Part shown: positions 1-6,970 of the stretch, piece by piece | Layout of the letters: every line of letters begins with the position of its first letter | Numbering within the stretch: the stretch's first letter is position 1 | Assembly (NCBI GenBank): GCA_964534375.1 | Contig: CAZHPN010000176.1 | Location: 1-12,315 of the forward strand | Origin: an uncultured bacterium | Lineage (GTDB): Bacteria > Lernaellota > Lernaellaia > Lernaellales > Lernaellaceae | Reading direction: 5' to 3' | DNA: 12,315 nucleotides | Position numbers and translations under genes: made by a program | Notes under the pieces: model-generated | The model's input: the letters and a program-made list of their open reading frames with translations, nothing else | The model's database searches: none | Told to the model about the DNA's origin: nothing

Positions 1-164
1 TCGTTGTCGTCGTTGTCGTCGTCGTTGTCGTCGTCGTTGTCGTCGTTGTCGTCGTCGTCGTTATCGTCGTTGTCGTCATCGTCGTCGGTCGGCGAGACGT
101 CGTTGTCGTCGTTGTCGTCGTCGACGGTCGGCGAACTGTCGTCGTCGCTCGGCGACGCGTCGTC
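1..164 (-). repeat. Low-complexity (GAC/AAC)n coding repeat encoding a poly-Asp/Asn linker
   Basis: Plus strand tcgttgtcgtcgttgtcg... reads GAC GAC AAC repeats (DDNDDD) in the frame of the 530 ORF. Confidence 0.9.
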
Positions 165-530
165 GTCCGGCGCTGCGCACTGGTGGTTTTCGCAGGTCTC
201 GCCGTGCGATTTGCAATCTTCGCAGGTCGCGCCGGCCGTGCCGCACGCGACGTTCGCCTCGCCGCCCACGCAGAGGCCGAGCAAGCAGCATCCCGCCGGG
301 CAGTTGTGCGGCCCGCATTCGCCCGGCGACGCATCGTCGTCCGGCGATTCGTCATCGTCGGGCGATTCGTCGTCGTCCGGCGACGAGTCGTCGTCCGGCG
401 ATTCGTCGTCATCGACGATCGCCCGATGGTGGTGATGGCTGGCCGGCTTGCTCGCGCAACCAAAACCCGCCAGAAGCAAGACCAGTGCGGCGACAGTTAT
501 CGCCGTCGAGAACGAGAATCTCGGCCTCAT
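1..530 (-). CDS. Probable lipoprotein (3' end outside the window) with His4 tract, Asp-rich repeats and a 10-Cys module
   Basis: Not in the ORF track because it has no stop codon in the window. Hand translation from ATG at 530: MRPRFSFSTAITVAALVLLLAGFGC-ASKPASHHHHRAIVDDDESPDDDSSPDDDESP...CGPHNCPAGCCLLGLCVGGEANVACGTAGATCEDCKSHGETCENHQC...DDDNDDND. SD-like GAAAGGA 7 nt upstream. Basic N-region, hydrophobic core and Cys25 (non-canonical lipobox GFG-C). Confidence 0.88.
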   Translation of the reverse strand, partial: MRPRFSFSTAITVAALVLLLAGFGCASKPASHHHHRAIVDDDESPDDDSSPDDDESPDDDESPDDDASPGECGPHNCPAGCCLLGLCVGGEANVACGTAGATCEDCKSHGETCENHQCAAPDDDASPSDDDSSPTVDDDNDDNDVSPTDDDDDNDDNDDDDNDDNDDDNDDDNDDN

Positions 531-593
531 CGAACCGTCCTTTCGCCTGCAACCCCGGTAAATACAGGAATCCGCTCGAACTGCTGTGTCGCT

Positions 594-622
594 AGATTAC
601 CACAGGGTTGCCGCCGCTGAAA
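594..622 (-). promoter_or_regulatory. Putative extended -10 sigma70 promoter for the left lipoprotein
   Basis: Minus strand TGG-TAATCT (-10 at 599-594) with a weak -35 TTTCAG 17 nt upstream. Confidence 0.4.
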
Positions 623-658
623 AGCCGCGGCGAAACCGTCTTCGCCGACAACTCCACC

Positions 659-687
659 TTGACATCTTTCGGACCCGACGATATCCT
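659..687 (+). promoter_or_regulatory. Sigma70-type promoter for the LTA synthase-family gene
   Basis: TTGACA (659-664), 17-nt spacer, TATCCT (682-687), 70 nt upstream of ATG 758. Confidence 0.7.
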
Positions 688-757
688 CGGACGCGTCATT
701 CGCCCCGTTTCGTTGAACCCCCATTGACTTGGTGAAACCGCGAGGGCAGCAGGCAAC

Positions 758-2998
758 ATGCAGCGGCCGACGCCCGATGCCGTCAGACGCCCGCTCCCGA
801 TCGTGGGGCCGCTGATCGCCGGCTTGGCGCTTCCGCTTTTGTGGTGCCTGACCGTCTCCGCGCTCACCGGCCTGCGCTGGCAGTTTCAGGCGATCGACGG
901 GCTGCTTTTCCTCCTCGCGGGCGCCTCCGCAGCGCTCTGCCTTTACCTCGGTCTGGCTGCCGGGTCGGCCGCACAGTGGCTGCGGCGCCAGCCCGGCTGG
1001 GTCGCGATTCCGCTCGCCTATGGCGTCTTCCTGCTGATTTGCGTAAGCAGCATCGTGCCGCATCTGGCGCGAACGACGAAAGGCTCCAGCGTTTTTCTGC
1101 CGATTTTTCTGTCGGTTTCGCCGATTGCGGCGTGGCTGCCCGTGCTCGTGCATGCGGCGCTGCACCCCGCGTGGTGGCGTGAGCTGCTGCTCCGCCCGCT
1201 GGACCTCCGGTCGCCGCGTTTTCTGCTCCTGCCGCTGTTCTCGACCGCCGCGTTCCATTCGCTGACCGCGCCGTTCGTCGCGCATTTTTTTACCCCGGGC
1301 GCCTTCTTGGTCTCCGTTCCGGCGCTGGAGCTCGCTCTCGAAGCCCTGCTTTCCTACGCGCTGTTTTTCTGCGCCCGGCGCGTCGCGCTCTTCCTCCTCG
1401 CGCAACAACTGTTGTTGGGCATATGCTACGCGGGCAATGCGCTGACCATCGCGTTTCTCGCCACCCCCGTGTCCGTCCCCGACCTCCGGGAGTTCCCGAC
1501 CCTGGTCCTGACCTTCCCCCCGCCGTTGCTCGCGGCCGCGCTGGCGCCCATCATCGTGTGCCTCCTGGCGTTCGCGCTCAATTTCCGTTGGCGTTTTCGT
1601 TTGCTGTTGCTCTCGGCGGCCGTAGCGTTTGCCGCCGTGTCGCTCTTCGACCGGGCTCCTGCGGCGATCGCGAACGCCCTCAACGCTCGTTACATCTACA
1701 TCTGGGGGCATCCCGAAGGAACGTACCGCCAACGCGGCCCGCTTCTATATTTGATCAACGATCTCGCGATGAGCCGCGCGTACGCGCCGGCCGCTCCGAC
1801 GGCCGAAGAGATCAAGAAAGTCCTCGCCGAAATGCGCGTCGCGCGCGACGCCGACGCCGGCGCGGCCGCCCCGGCCGACCGCCGCAACGTGTATTTGTTG
1901 ATTCTGGAATCGTTCTCCGATGTCAACGAATTGACCAGCGCCCACTTCGAGCGAAACGTCTTTGACGAAGGATTTCAGACGCTCTGGCGCGATTGCGGAA
2001 CTTCGCACACGCTGTCGCCCATGTTCGGCGGCGGCACGGCGAACGTGGAGTTCGAAGCGTTGTTCGGCATGCCCTTGTTGCTGAACGGCAATGTGTTTCG
2101 CTACGGCATCGTCAACCAAGCCCCATCCCTGGTCGGCGCCCTGAAGCGGCAGGGCTATCGCACCTTCGCGTTCGACACGTTGCGGGGCGGCGTCTTTAAC
2201 AAACGGCACGTCTTCCAGATGCTCGGCTTGGACCGGACGTACTGGCGAAGCGACTTTGTCGCCGACGACCTCAACGGCGATTTCCTGGCCGACGAATCGT
2301 ACTACCGCCAAATCGTCCGGAAGATCGATTGGGACGACCCGACGCCGCGCTTCGTCTACGTGCTCACGGGCAGCGGTCACTATGATTACACGCTCAACCC
2401 CGCCAAACGGCCGCCCGTCGTCGAGGGCGCAGGGGCCAGCGCGATCGTGCGGAAAGACGCCAGCATGGCCTACTATACGTCGCGCGAATTGATGGCGTTT
2501 GTTGCGCAGCTTCGGAACCGGGACCCCCGCGCGTTGATCGTGGCCTTCGGCGACCATCGGCCCAAACTCGACATGGACGACAGCACGTACATCCGCTCCG
2601 GCGTCTTCGCCGCGGCCGGCGCCGAGGAAACCGCGCGGACCGTGCGCAACCGCCAAGCGACGCCGTTGGCGGTCATCGACGGCGAGGCCGGGCCGGTCGC
2701 CTGGGGCGATGTGCCGACCTACCGCGTTCCCGCGCTGATGCTGGCGCAGCTCGGCCTGCCCGCCGGCGACTATTGGAACTGTTTCCGGCCGCGCGTTCCT
2801 GACGGCTGCGGCGTGCGTTTCCTGAAGGGACAAAATCTGCTGACCTGCCGCGATGGCGCCCTAACGCTTTGCGGCGACGGCGCCGCCGACGGTTTGTGCG
2901 GCGAAATCGCCGCCTGGAAGCGCGGCATGAGCATCCTCGAAAATGATATTTTGCGCGGAAAACAGCACGCGGTAATGTCGGGCGATTGCGGGCTGTGA
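758..2998 (+). CDS. LTA synthase family / alkaline phosphatase-superfamily membrane phosphotransferase (LtaS/MdoB-like)
   Basis: 746 aa. Multi-pass hydrophobic N-terminal ~290 aa, then a sulfatase-like domain with NVYLLILESF (metal-ligand Glu), GGGTANVEFEAL (catalytic Thr motif), a His in TGSGHYDY, and AFGDHRP. Exact start uncertain (no strong SD). Confidence 0.88.
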   Translation: MQRPTPDAVRRPLPIVGPLIAGLALPLLWCLTVSALTGLRWQFQAIDGLLFLLAGASAALCLYLGLAAGSAAQWLRRQPGWVAIPLAYGVFLLICVSSIVPHLARTTKGSSVFLPIFLSVSPIAAWLPVLVHAALHPAWWRELLLRPLDLRSPRFLLLPLFSTAAFHSLTAPFVAHFFTPGAFLVSVPALELALEALLSYALFFCARRVALFLLAQQLLLGICYAGNALTIAFLATPVSVPDLREFPTLVLTFPPPLLAAALAPIIVCLLAFALNFRWRFRLLLLSAAVAFAAVSLFDRAPAAIANALNARYIYIWGHPEGTYRQRGPLLYLINDLAMSRAYAPAAPTAEEIKKVLAEMRVARDADAGAAAPADRRNVYLLILESFSDVNELTSAHFERNVFDEGFQTLWRDCGTSHTLSPMFGGGTANVEFEALFGMPLLLNGNVFRYGIVNQAPSLVGALKRQGYRTFAFDTLRGGVFNKRHVFQMLGLDRTYWRSDFVADDLNGDFLADESYYRQIVRKIDWDDPTPRFVYVLTGSGHYDYTLNPAKRPPVVEGAGASAIVRKDASMAYYTSRELMAFVAQLRNRDPRALIVAFGDHRPKLDMDDSTYIRSGVFAAAGAEETARTVRNRQATPLAVIDGEAGPVAWGDVPTYRVPALMLAQLGLPAGDYWNCFRPRVPDGCGVRFLKGQNLLTCRDGALTLCGDGAADGLCGEIAAWKRGMSILENDILRGKQHAVMSGDCGL

Positions 2999-3096
2999 CG
3001 CGGCCGCGCCGGGAGGGACCACAGCCGTCGCCCGGCGTTCGGGCGGTCGGCCAAGCGGCGTCGGCGGCGCCCGGAATAGCCGGCGAGCGATCGCAC

Positions 3097-3289
3097 TGCA
3101 GCAATCGAAGAAACGACGGCAGCGCCAAGAACGCCGCCGTCGGCTCCTTGAATAGCGTGCCGCAGTACGGCCAGGCCGACGTCGCGAACGGAAAAAGGAA
3201 CGCCGTGGCGCGCGCCGCTGCAACGGACGGAAAAGACGTTGCCCCACGCGGAAGACGAGGACCGCGCAGGCCGGCGAAGACAAGATCAT
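3097..3289 (-). pseudogene. Probable frameshifted fragment of a GT-C-fold (ArnT/PMT-like) membrane glycosyltransferase
   Basis: Two minus frames join at a T4 run (3231-3234) to give ACAVLVFRVGQRLF/PSVAAARATAFLFPFATSAWPYCGTLFKEPTAAFLAL. This resembles the 'f.rl..rlf....A...all..f.T..wpY....fsEp' segment I associate with such membrane glycosyltransferases. No full-length gene is present. Confidence 0.5.
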
Positions 3290-3306
3290 GCAGTCGATTT
3301 TTTTGA

Positions 3307-3408
3307 CACGAATGCACGCGAAATTGGTCGAAATCTAAGTCCTTTGCCCCGCATGCCGTGAACATTCATCACGCCGGCCCTATTCGCGTGCATTCGCGTG
3401 CATTCGTG
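3307..3408. repeat. Small element bounded by a perfect 16-bp inverted repeat, with 10-bp tandem units
   Basis: CACGAATGCACGCGAA (3307-3322) is the exact reverse complement of TTCGCGTGCATTCGTG (3393-3408). ATTCGCGTGC is tandem at 3382-3391 and 3392-3401. Confidence 0.8.
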
Positions 3409-3469
3409 CGGTCAATTCCGTTCATCCATTCGTCAATCCCCTCGTTCATTCGCGGTTCCTTTTTTTCGC

Positions 3470-3498
3470 TTTACATCGCCGCATGAAGCTGTTATAGG
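3470..3498 (+). promoter_or_regulatory. Putative sigma70 promoter of the trp leader/trpB2 transcript
   Basis: TTTACA (3470-3475), 17 nt, TATAGG (3493-3498) preceded by TGn (3490-3492). T-rich tract upstream. Alternative -10 TAGGTT at 3495-3500. Confidence 0.55.
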
Positions 3499-3504
3499 TT
3501 GATC

Positions 3505-3588
3505 ATGAAGCAGTTGACCCACATCGGCAAACTTCCCGTCGCCCGTCGTTGGTGGCGTCGCGTCATTTGGCGAGGCAGTGGGCCCTAA
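3505..3588 (+). CDS. trpL: Tryptophan attenuator leader peptide (TrpL-like), 27 aa MKQLTHIGKLPVARRWWRRVIWRGSGP
   Basis: Hand-translated from ATG 3505 to TAA 3586-3588. Tandem TGG TGG at 3550-3555 and a third TGG at 3568-3570. Lies directly upstream of an intrinsic terminator and a tryptophan synthase beta gene. Confidence 0.85.
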   Translation: MKQLTHIGKLPVARRWWRRVIWRGSGP

Positions 3589-3628
3589 GCGCATCTAGAA
3601 TCAGTCGTTTCGCAGCCCACCGCTTTCG
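3571..3628 (+). promoter_or_regulatory. Antiterminator helix of the attenuator
   Basis: GTGGGC (3578-3583) pairs perfectly with GCCCAC (3615-3620), the 5' arm of the terminator. Pairing extends imperfectly between CGAGGC (3571-3576) and GCTTTCG (3622-3628). Mutually exclusive with the terminator. Confidence 0.7.
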
Positions 3629-3644
3629 GTGGGCTTTTTCGTTT
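3614..3644 (+). terminator. Rho-independent attenuator terminator
   Basis: 9-bp stem AGCCCACCG (3614-3622) / CGGTGGGCT (3627-3635), loop CTTT, followed by TTTTCGTTT. Sits between the leader peptide and the trpB2 start. Confidence 0.9.
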
Positions 3645-3672
3645 AACAGTGCGCCAAGAAGGAGACCTTGCG

Positions 3673-4968
3673 ATGAAAGAAATCAAGTTCCCGTTGCGCG
3701 ATACGGACATTCCCCGCTACTTCTACAACATCGCCGCCGACCTGCCGACGCCGCCCGCGCCGCCCCTCCATCCGGGAACGCGCCAGCCCATCGGCCCGGA
3801 CGCGCTGGCCGCCATTTTCCCGCAAGCGCTGATCGAACAGGAGGTCAGCCGGCAGGCCGAAATTCCGATCCCCGACCCGATCTTGCAGGCGTACGCGCTC
3901 TATCGGCCGACGCCGCTGGTGCGGGCGCTGCGGCTGGAAGAGGCGCTGCACACGCCGGCGCACATCTACTTCAAGAACGAAGGCGTCAGCCCGACGGGCA
4001 GCCACAAGCCGAACACCGCCATCGCGCAGGCCTACTACAACGCGCAGGAGGGCGTGAAGGGCCTGGTCACCGAAACCGGCGCCGGCCAGTGGGGCTCGTC
4101 GCTCGCGCTCGCGGGCGCATTTTTCGGCCTCACGGTGACCGTGTTCATGGTGCGGGTCAGCTTCGAGCAGAAGCCGTACCGCAAGTCGATGATCCAGGCG
4201 TACGGCGCGCAGGTCTTCGCCAGCCCGACCGATCGGACCGCCATCGGCCGCAAAATCCGCGCCGAGCAACCGGAAACGCCCGGCAGCCTGGGCATCGCGA
4301 TTTCCGAGGCGGTCGAGACGGCCGCGGGCAGCCCCGGCGTCAATTACTCGCTCGGCTCCGTGCTCAACCACGTGCTGCTGCACCAGACGGTGATCGGCCT
4401 CGAAGCGCAAAAACAAATGAAGCTGGCCGGGGAATACCCGGACGTCGTCATCGCCTGCCACGGCGGCGGCTCGAACTTCGGCGGCATCGCCTTTCCGTTT
4501 CTGCGCGACAAATTCGCCGGGCGGCCGGTGCGCCTGCTGGCCGCCGAGCCCGCTTCGTGCCCCTCGCTCACCAAGGGCGATTTCCGCTACGACTTCGGCG
4601 ACGTCGGCGGCATGACGCCGTTAATGCAAATGTACACGCTGGGCAGCGACTTCATCCCCGCGCCGATCCACGCCGGCGGCCTGCGCTATCACGGTTCGGC
4701 GCCCCTGGTCGCGCATTTGCTCCACGAGGGCCTCATCGAAGCCGCAGCGTACGATCAGCCCGAAGTGTTCGAAGCGGCGTTGCTCTTCGCTCGCACGCAG
4801 GGGATCATTCCGGCGCCGGAGTCGGCGCACGCGATTCGCGGCGCCGTCGTCGAGGCGATTCAGGCGCGCGAAGAGGGCAAACCGCGCGTGATCCTGTTCA
4901 ATCTTTCCGGACACGGCGACTTCGATATGTCGGCATACGATCAATATCTGTCCGGCCAACCGATGTGA
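3673..4968 (+). CDS. trpB2: Type-2 tryptophan synthase beta chain (TrpB-like PLP-dependent enzyme)
   Basis: 431 aa from ATG 3673 with SD AAGGAG at 3659-3664. PLP-lysine motif PTGSHKPNTA (KPN typical of TrpB2), TETGAGQWG, GSLGIAISEA, YSLGSVLNHV, GGGSN, IHAGGLRYHG, PAPESAHA, NLSGHG, and the TrpB2-type N-terminus (IPRYFYNIAADLP). Confidence 0.96.
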   Translation: MKEIKFPLRDTDIPRYFYNIAADLPTPPAPPLHPGTRQPIGPDALAAIFPQALIEQEVSRQAEIPIPDPILQAYALYRPTPLVRALRLEEALHTPAHIYFKNEGVSPTGSHKPNTAIAQAYYNAQEGVKGLVTETGAGQWGSSLALAGAFFGLTVTVFMVRVSFEQKPYRKSMIQAYGAQVFASPTDRTAIGRKIRAEQPETPGSLGIAISEAVETAAGSPGVNYSLGSVLNHVLLHQTVIGLEAQKQMKLAGEYPDVVIACHGGGSNFGGIAFPFLRDKFAGRPVRLLAAEPASCPSLTKGDFRYDFGDVGGMTPLMQMYTLGSDFIPAPIHAGGLRYHGSAPLVAHLLHEGLIEAAAYDQPEVFEAALLFARTQGIIPAPESAHAIRGAVVEAIQAREEGKPRVILFNLSGHGDFDMSAYDQYLSGQPM

Positions 4969-4994
4969 CGAGAGGCGAACCAACCGGCAGCGGT

Positions 4995-5019
4995 CGGCGC
5001 CGGGGCGAATCCGGCGCCG
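4995..5019. terminator. GC hairpin between convergent genes (possible terminator or pause site)
   Basis: CGGCGCCGG (4995-5003) / CCGGCGCCG (5011-5019), 7-nt loop. No U-tract on either side. Confidence 0.3.
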
Positions 5020-5063
5020 CCTCCGCGCCTCCAAGCGCCGGGGCATCCGCCCCGCTTTGGCGG

Positions 5064-5369
5064 TCAAACCGCTTGGTCGAAAACCGCGCAGCCGAGGAAA
5101 TTGCCGCCGACCAGCGGGCCGGTGATGTGGAAGCCAAGCTTCTCCAACGTGCCGGACGAGCTGGCGCGATCGAAGAGCACCGCCAACCCGATCCGCGCCG
5201 GGCTGTCGTGCGACGGCAAATCCACGACGATGATCTGCGCGCTCTCCGGCATCGAGCGTTTTACCTCATCCACGATGGGATGCACGCGGCCGCGCACGGC
5301 CAGCGCTCGGACGTTGCGGGCGGGGCGTTCGGGTAGATGACGCACGGCCGAATTTGCTTGCTGCCACAT
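5064..5369 (-). CDS. Hypothetical protein, 101 aa
   Basis: Strong SD AAGGAG 6 nt before ATG 5369 (MWQQANSAV...), so this start is preferred over 5411. Fills the gap between neighbours and has globular-looking composition. No motif recognised. Confidence 0.65.
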   Translation of the reverse strand: MWQQANSAVRHLPERPARNVRALAVRGRVHPIVDEVKRSMPESAQIIVVDLPSHDSPARIGLAVLFDRASSSGTLEKLGFHITGPLVGGNFLGCAVFDQAV

Positions 5370-5572
5370 CGTTTGCTCCTTTTGCGGTTCGCTTGCGGTT
5401 TGGCGTTGCATGGCGCGTTCTTTCTGCTGGCACGTTGATTACGACCGCGAGGATACGCGGTCGGCCGGGCCGCCGGAATCGGGGGATTCCTGATTCTTGA
5501 TGTCAAAAACTCTTAGCGAAGCGGGGGTTCAGCCCGAACGGACGCGGTGAAAATGGGCGGCGTCGCCGTCGT

Positions 5573-6745
5573 TCACGACCCGGCGTAGTGAATGATCACG
5601 CCGTTGGCGCCGACGGCGAACACATCGTCGGGCCCCGTGCCCCACACGCCGACGAGGCCGTTGGAGCCGCTTTTCATCGCCGACCACGCCGTGCCGTCGA
5701 AGTGGTAAACGTCGTCGCCGACCGCGAACACGTCGTCGTGCGCCGCGCCCCAGATGCCGCCCATGTACAACGGCGTGAAGGAATCGTCGGCGGTCCACGT
5801 CGAGCCGTCGAAATGGAAGAGGACCGGTTGGCCGGCGTCCACGCTCAGGTCGTTGCCGATCGCGAAGACATCCGTGCTGGCCGCGCCCCACACGCCGACG
5901 GGGCCCATCTCGCCGAACGTGGCTTCCGACACCGACCAGGTCGAGCCTTCATATTGGAAGGCCTGGCCGTAGTAGTCGACCATGGTGTCGTCGTCTGCGT
6001 GCGACGTTTCCGCGCCCGTGCCGACCGCGAACGCGTCCTGGTCGGAAAGGCCCCAGACGGCGGCCAGGGCGCAGTTCACGCTGCTGGGGGCCGGCGTCCA
6101 GGACGAACCGTCGTAGTGCAGAATGGCGCTGGTTTGCGCGACCGTGTTGTACCCCACGGCAAACACGTCGGTCGCGGCCGTGCCCCACACGCCGTTGAGA
6201 GTCAACCCGGTGAAACTGCCGGTCATCGGCGCCCAAGCCGAACCGTCGTATTGGAGAATGACCCCCGTTTCGTTTTCCGCATCCGAGCCGACCGCGAACA
6301 CGGCGCTAGGCGCGGCGCCCCAGACGGCGTAGAGGAAACCCGACGTGCCGGTGGCCATCGCCGACCACGCCGTGCCGTCGTAGTGAAGAACGACGTCGTT
6401 TTTGCCGACCTCGTATCCGACCGCAAAGACGTCGTCGTGCGCCGTGCCCCAGACCGCCGTCAACGTCGCGGTCGTGCCGCTATTCATCGCGGGCCACGTG
6501 TCGTCGTCGGCCGGCGAGGCGTCGTCGTCGACCGGCGACGCGTCGTCGTCGGTTGGCGATACGTCGTCGTCGGGCGATACGTCGTCGTCGACCGGCGACG
6601 CGTCGTCGTTGTCGTCGTCGTCATCGACTGCTGAATCGTCGTCGGCGGCGGCGCTCGTGCCGCTCGAACTCGCACTGCACGAGACCAAAAGCGCCAGAGC
6701 CGTCGCCAAGAAGGCCAACAACACGAGGCCAGAAATCCGTCTCAC
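5573..6745 (-). CDS. Lipoprotein with Asp-rich linker and seven VWG repeats (predicted 7-bladed beta-propeller)
   Basis: 390 aa, GTG start with SD GGGAGG, lipobox LVS-C23. Linker of SPxDDD units, then seven copies of x-[AG]-[VI]-W-G-x4-[DA]-[VA]-F-A-[VI]-G ... [HQ]-[YF]-[DE]-G-x2-W. Confidence 0.9.
   Translation of the reverse strand: MRRISGLVLLAFLATALALLVSCSASSSGTSAAADDDSAVDDDDDNDDASPVDDDVSPDDDVSPTDDDASPVDDDASPADDDTWPAMNSGTTATLTAVWGTAHDDVFAVGYEVGKNDVVLHYDGTAWSAMATGTSGFLYAVWGAAPSAVFAVGSDAENETGVILQYDGSAWAPMTGSFTGLTLNGVWGTAATDVFAVGYNTVAQTSAILHYDGSSWTPAPSSVNCALAAVWGLSDQDAFAVGTGAETSHADDDTMVDYYGQAFQYEGSTWSVSEATFGEMGPVGVWGAASTDVFAIGNDLSVDAGQPVLFHFDGSTWTADDSFTPLYMGGIWGAAHDDVFAVGDDVYHFDGTAWSAMKSGSNGLVGVWGTGPDDVFAVGANGVIIHYAGS
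6500..6643 (-). repeat. Coding tandem repeat (18-21 nt units) for the SPxDDD acidic linker
   Basis: Encodes DDDSAVDDDDDNDDASPVDDDVSPDDDVSPTDDDASPVDDDASPADDD. Confidence 0.9.
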
Positions 6746-6970
6746 CGTCGCCTCCCGGGTGTGTTTGCGATCCGCGGCGCGATCACGCGCTTTGCATCGT
6801 TCTCAAATAGACGATTGTCGGAAGCATTTGATACCGGCCGCGGGTTGCGGTCAAGCACGCGCCGCGCCGGCCGGAAGAGGGCCGGTCAGCCAGATTCTCT
6901 CCCAGAGCGCGAGGCCGAACGTTCGGGCCGTTTCGGTCGAGAGGTTTACGCGTCAATTGGGGGAATACGG

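Noticed and set aside
4..435. 143-aa poly-Ser ORF on the plus strand
   Set aside because: Antisense shadow of the GAC repeats of the minus-strand lipoprotein, which has the SD, signal peptide and Cys module.
527..2833. Long minus-strand ORFs 527-1732 and 1745-2833
   Set aside because: Antisense to the well-supported LTA synthase-family gene. Arg/Gln-rich shadow composition typical of high-GC DNA.
3549..5336. 595-aa plus-strand ORF overlapping trpB2
   Set aside because: Alternative-frame, Arg/Ala-rich, motif-free. It crosses the attenuator terminator and fully overlaps trpB2.
5429..5443. Sigma54-like TGGCAC-N5-TTAC on the plus strand
   Set aside because: The -12 element lacks the conserved GC, and it points away from the nearest gene start with no plus-strand gene downstream.
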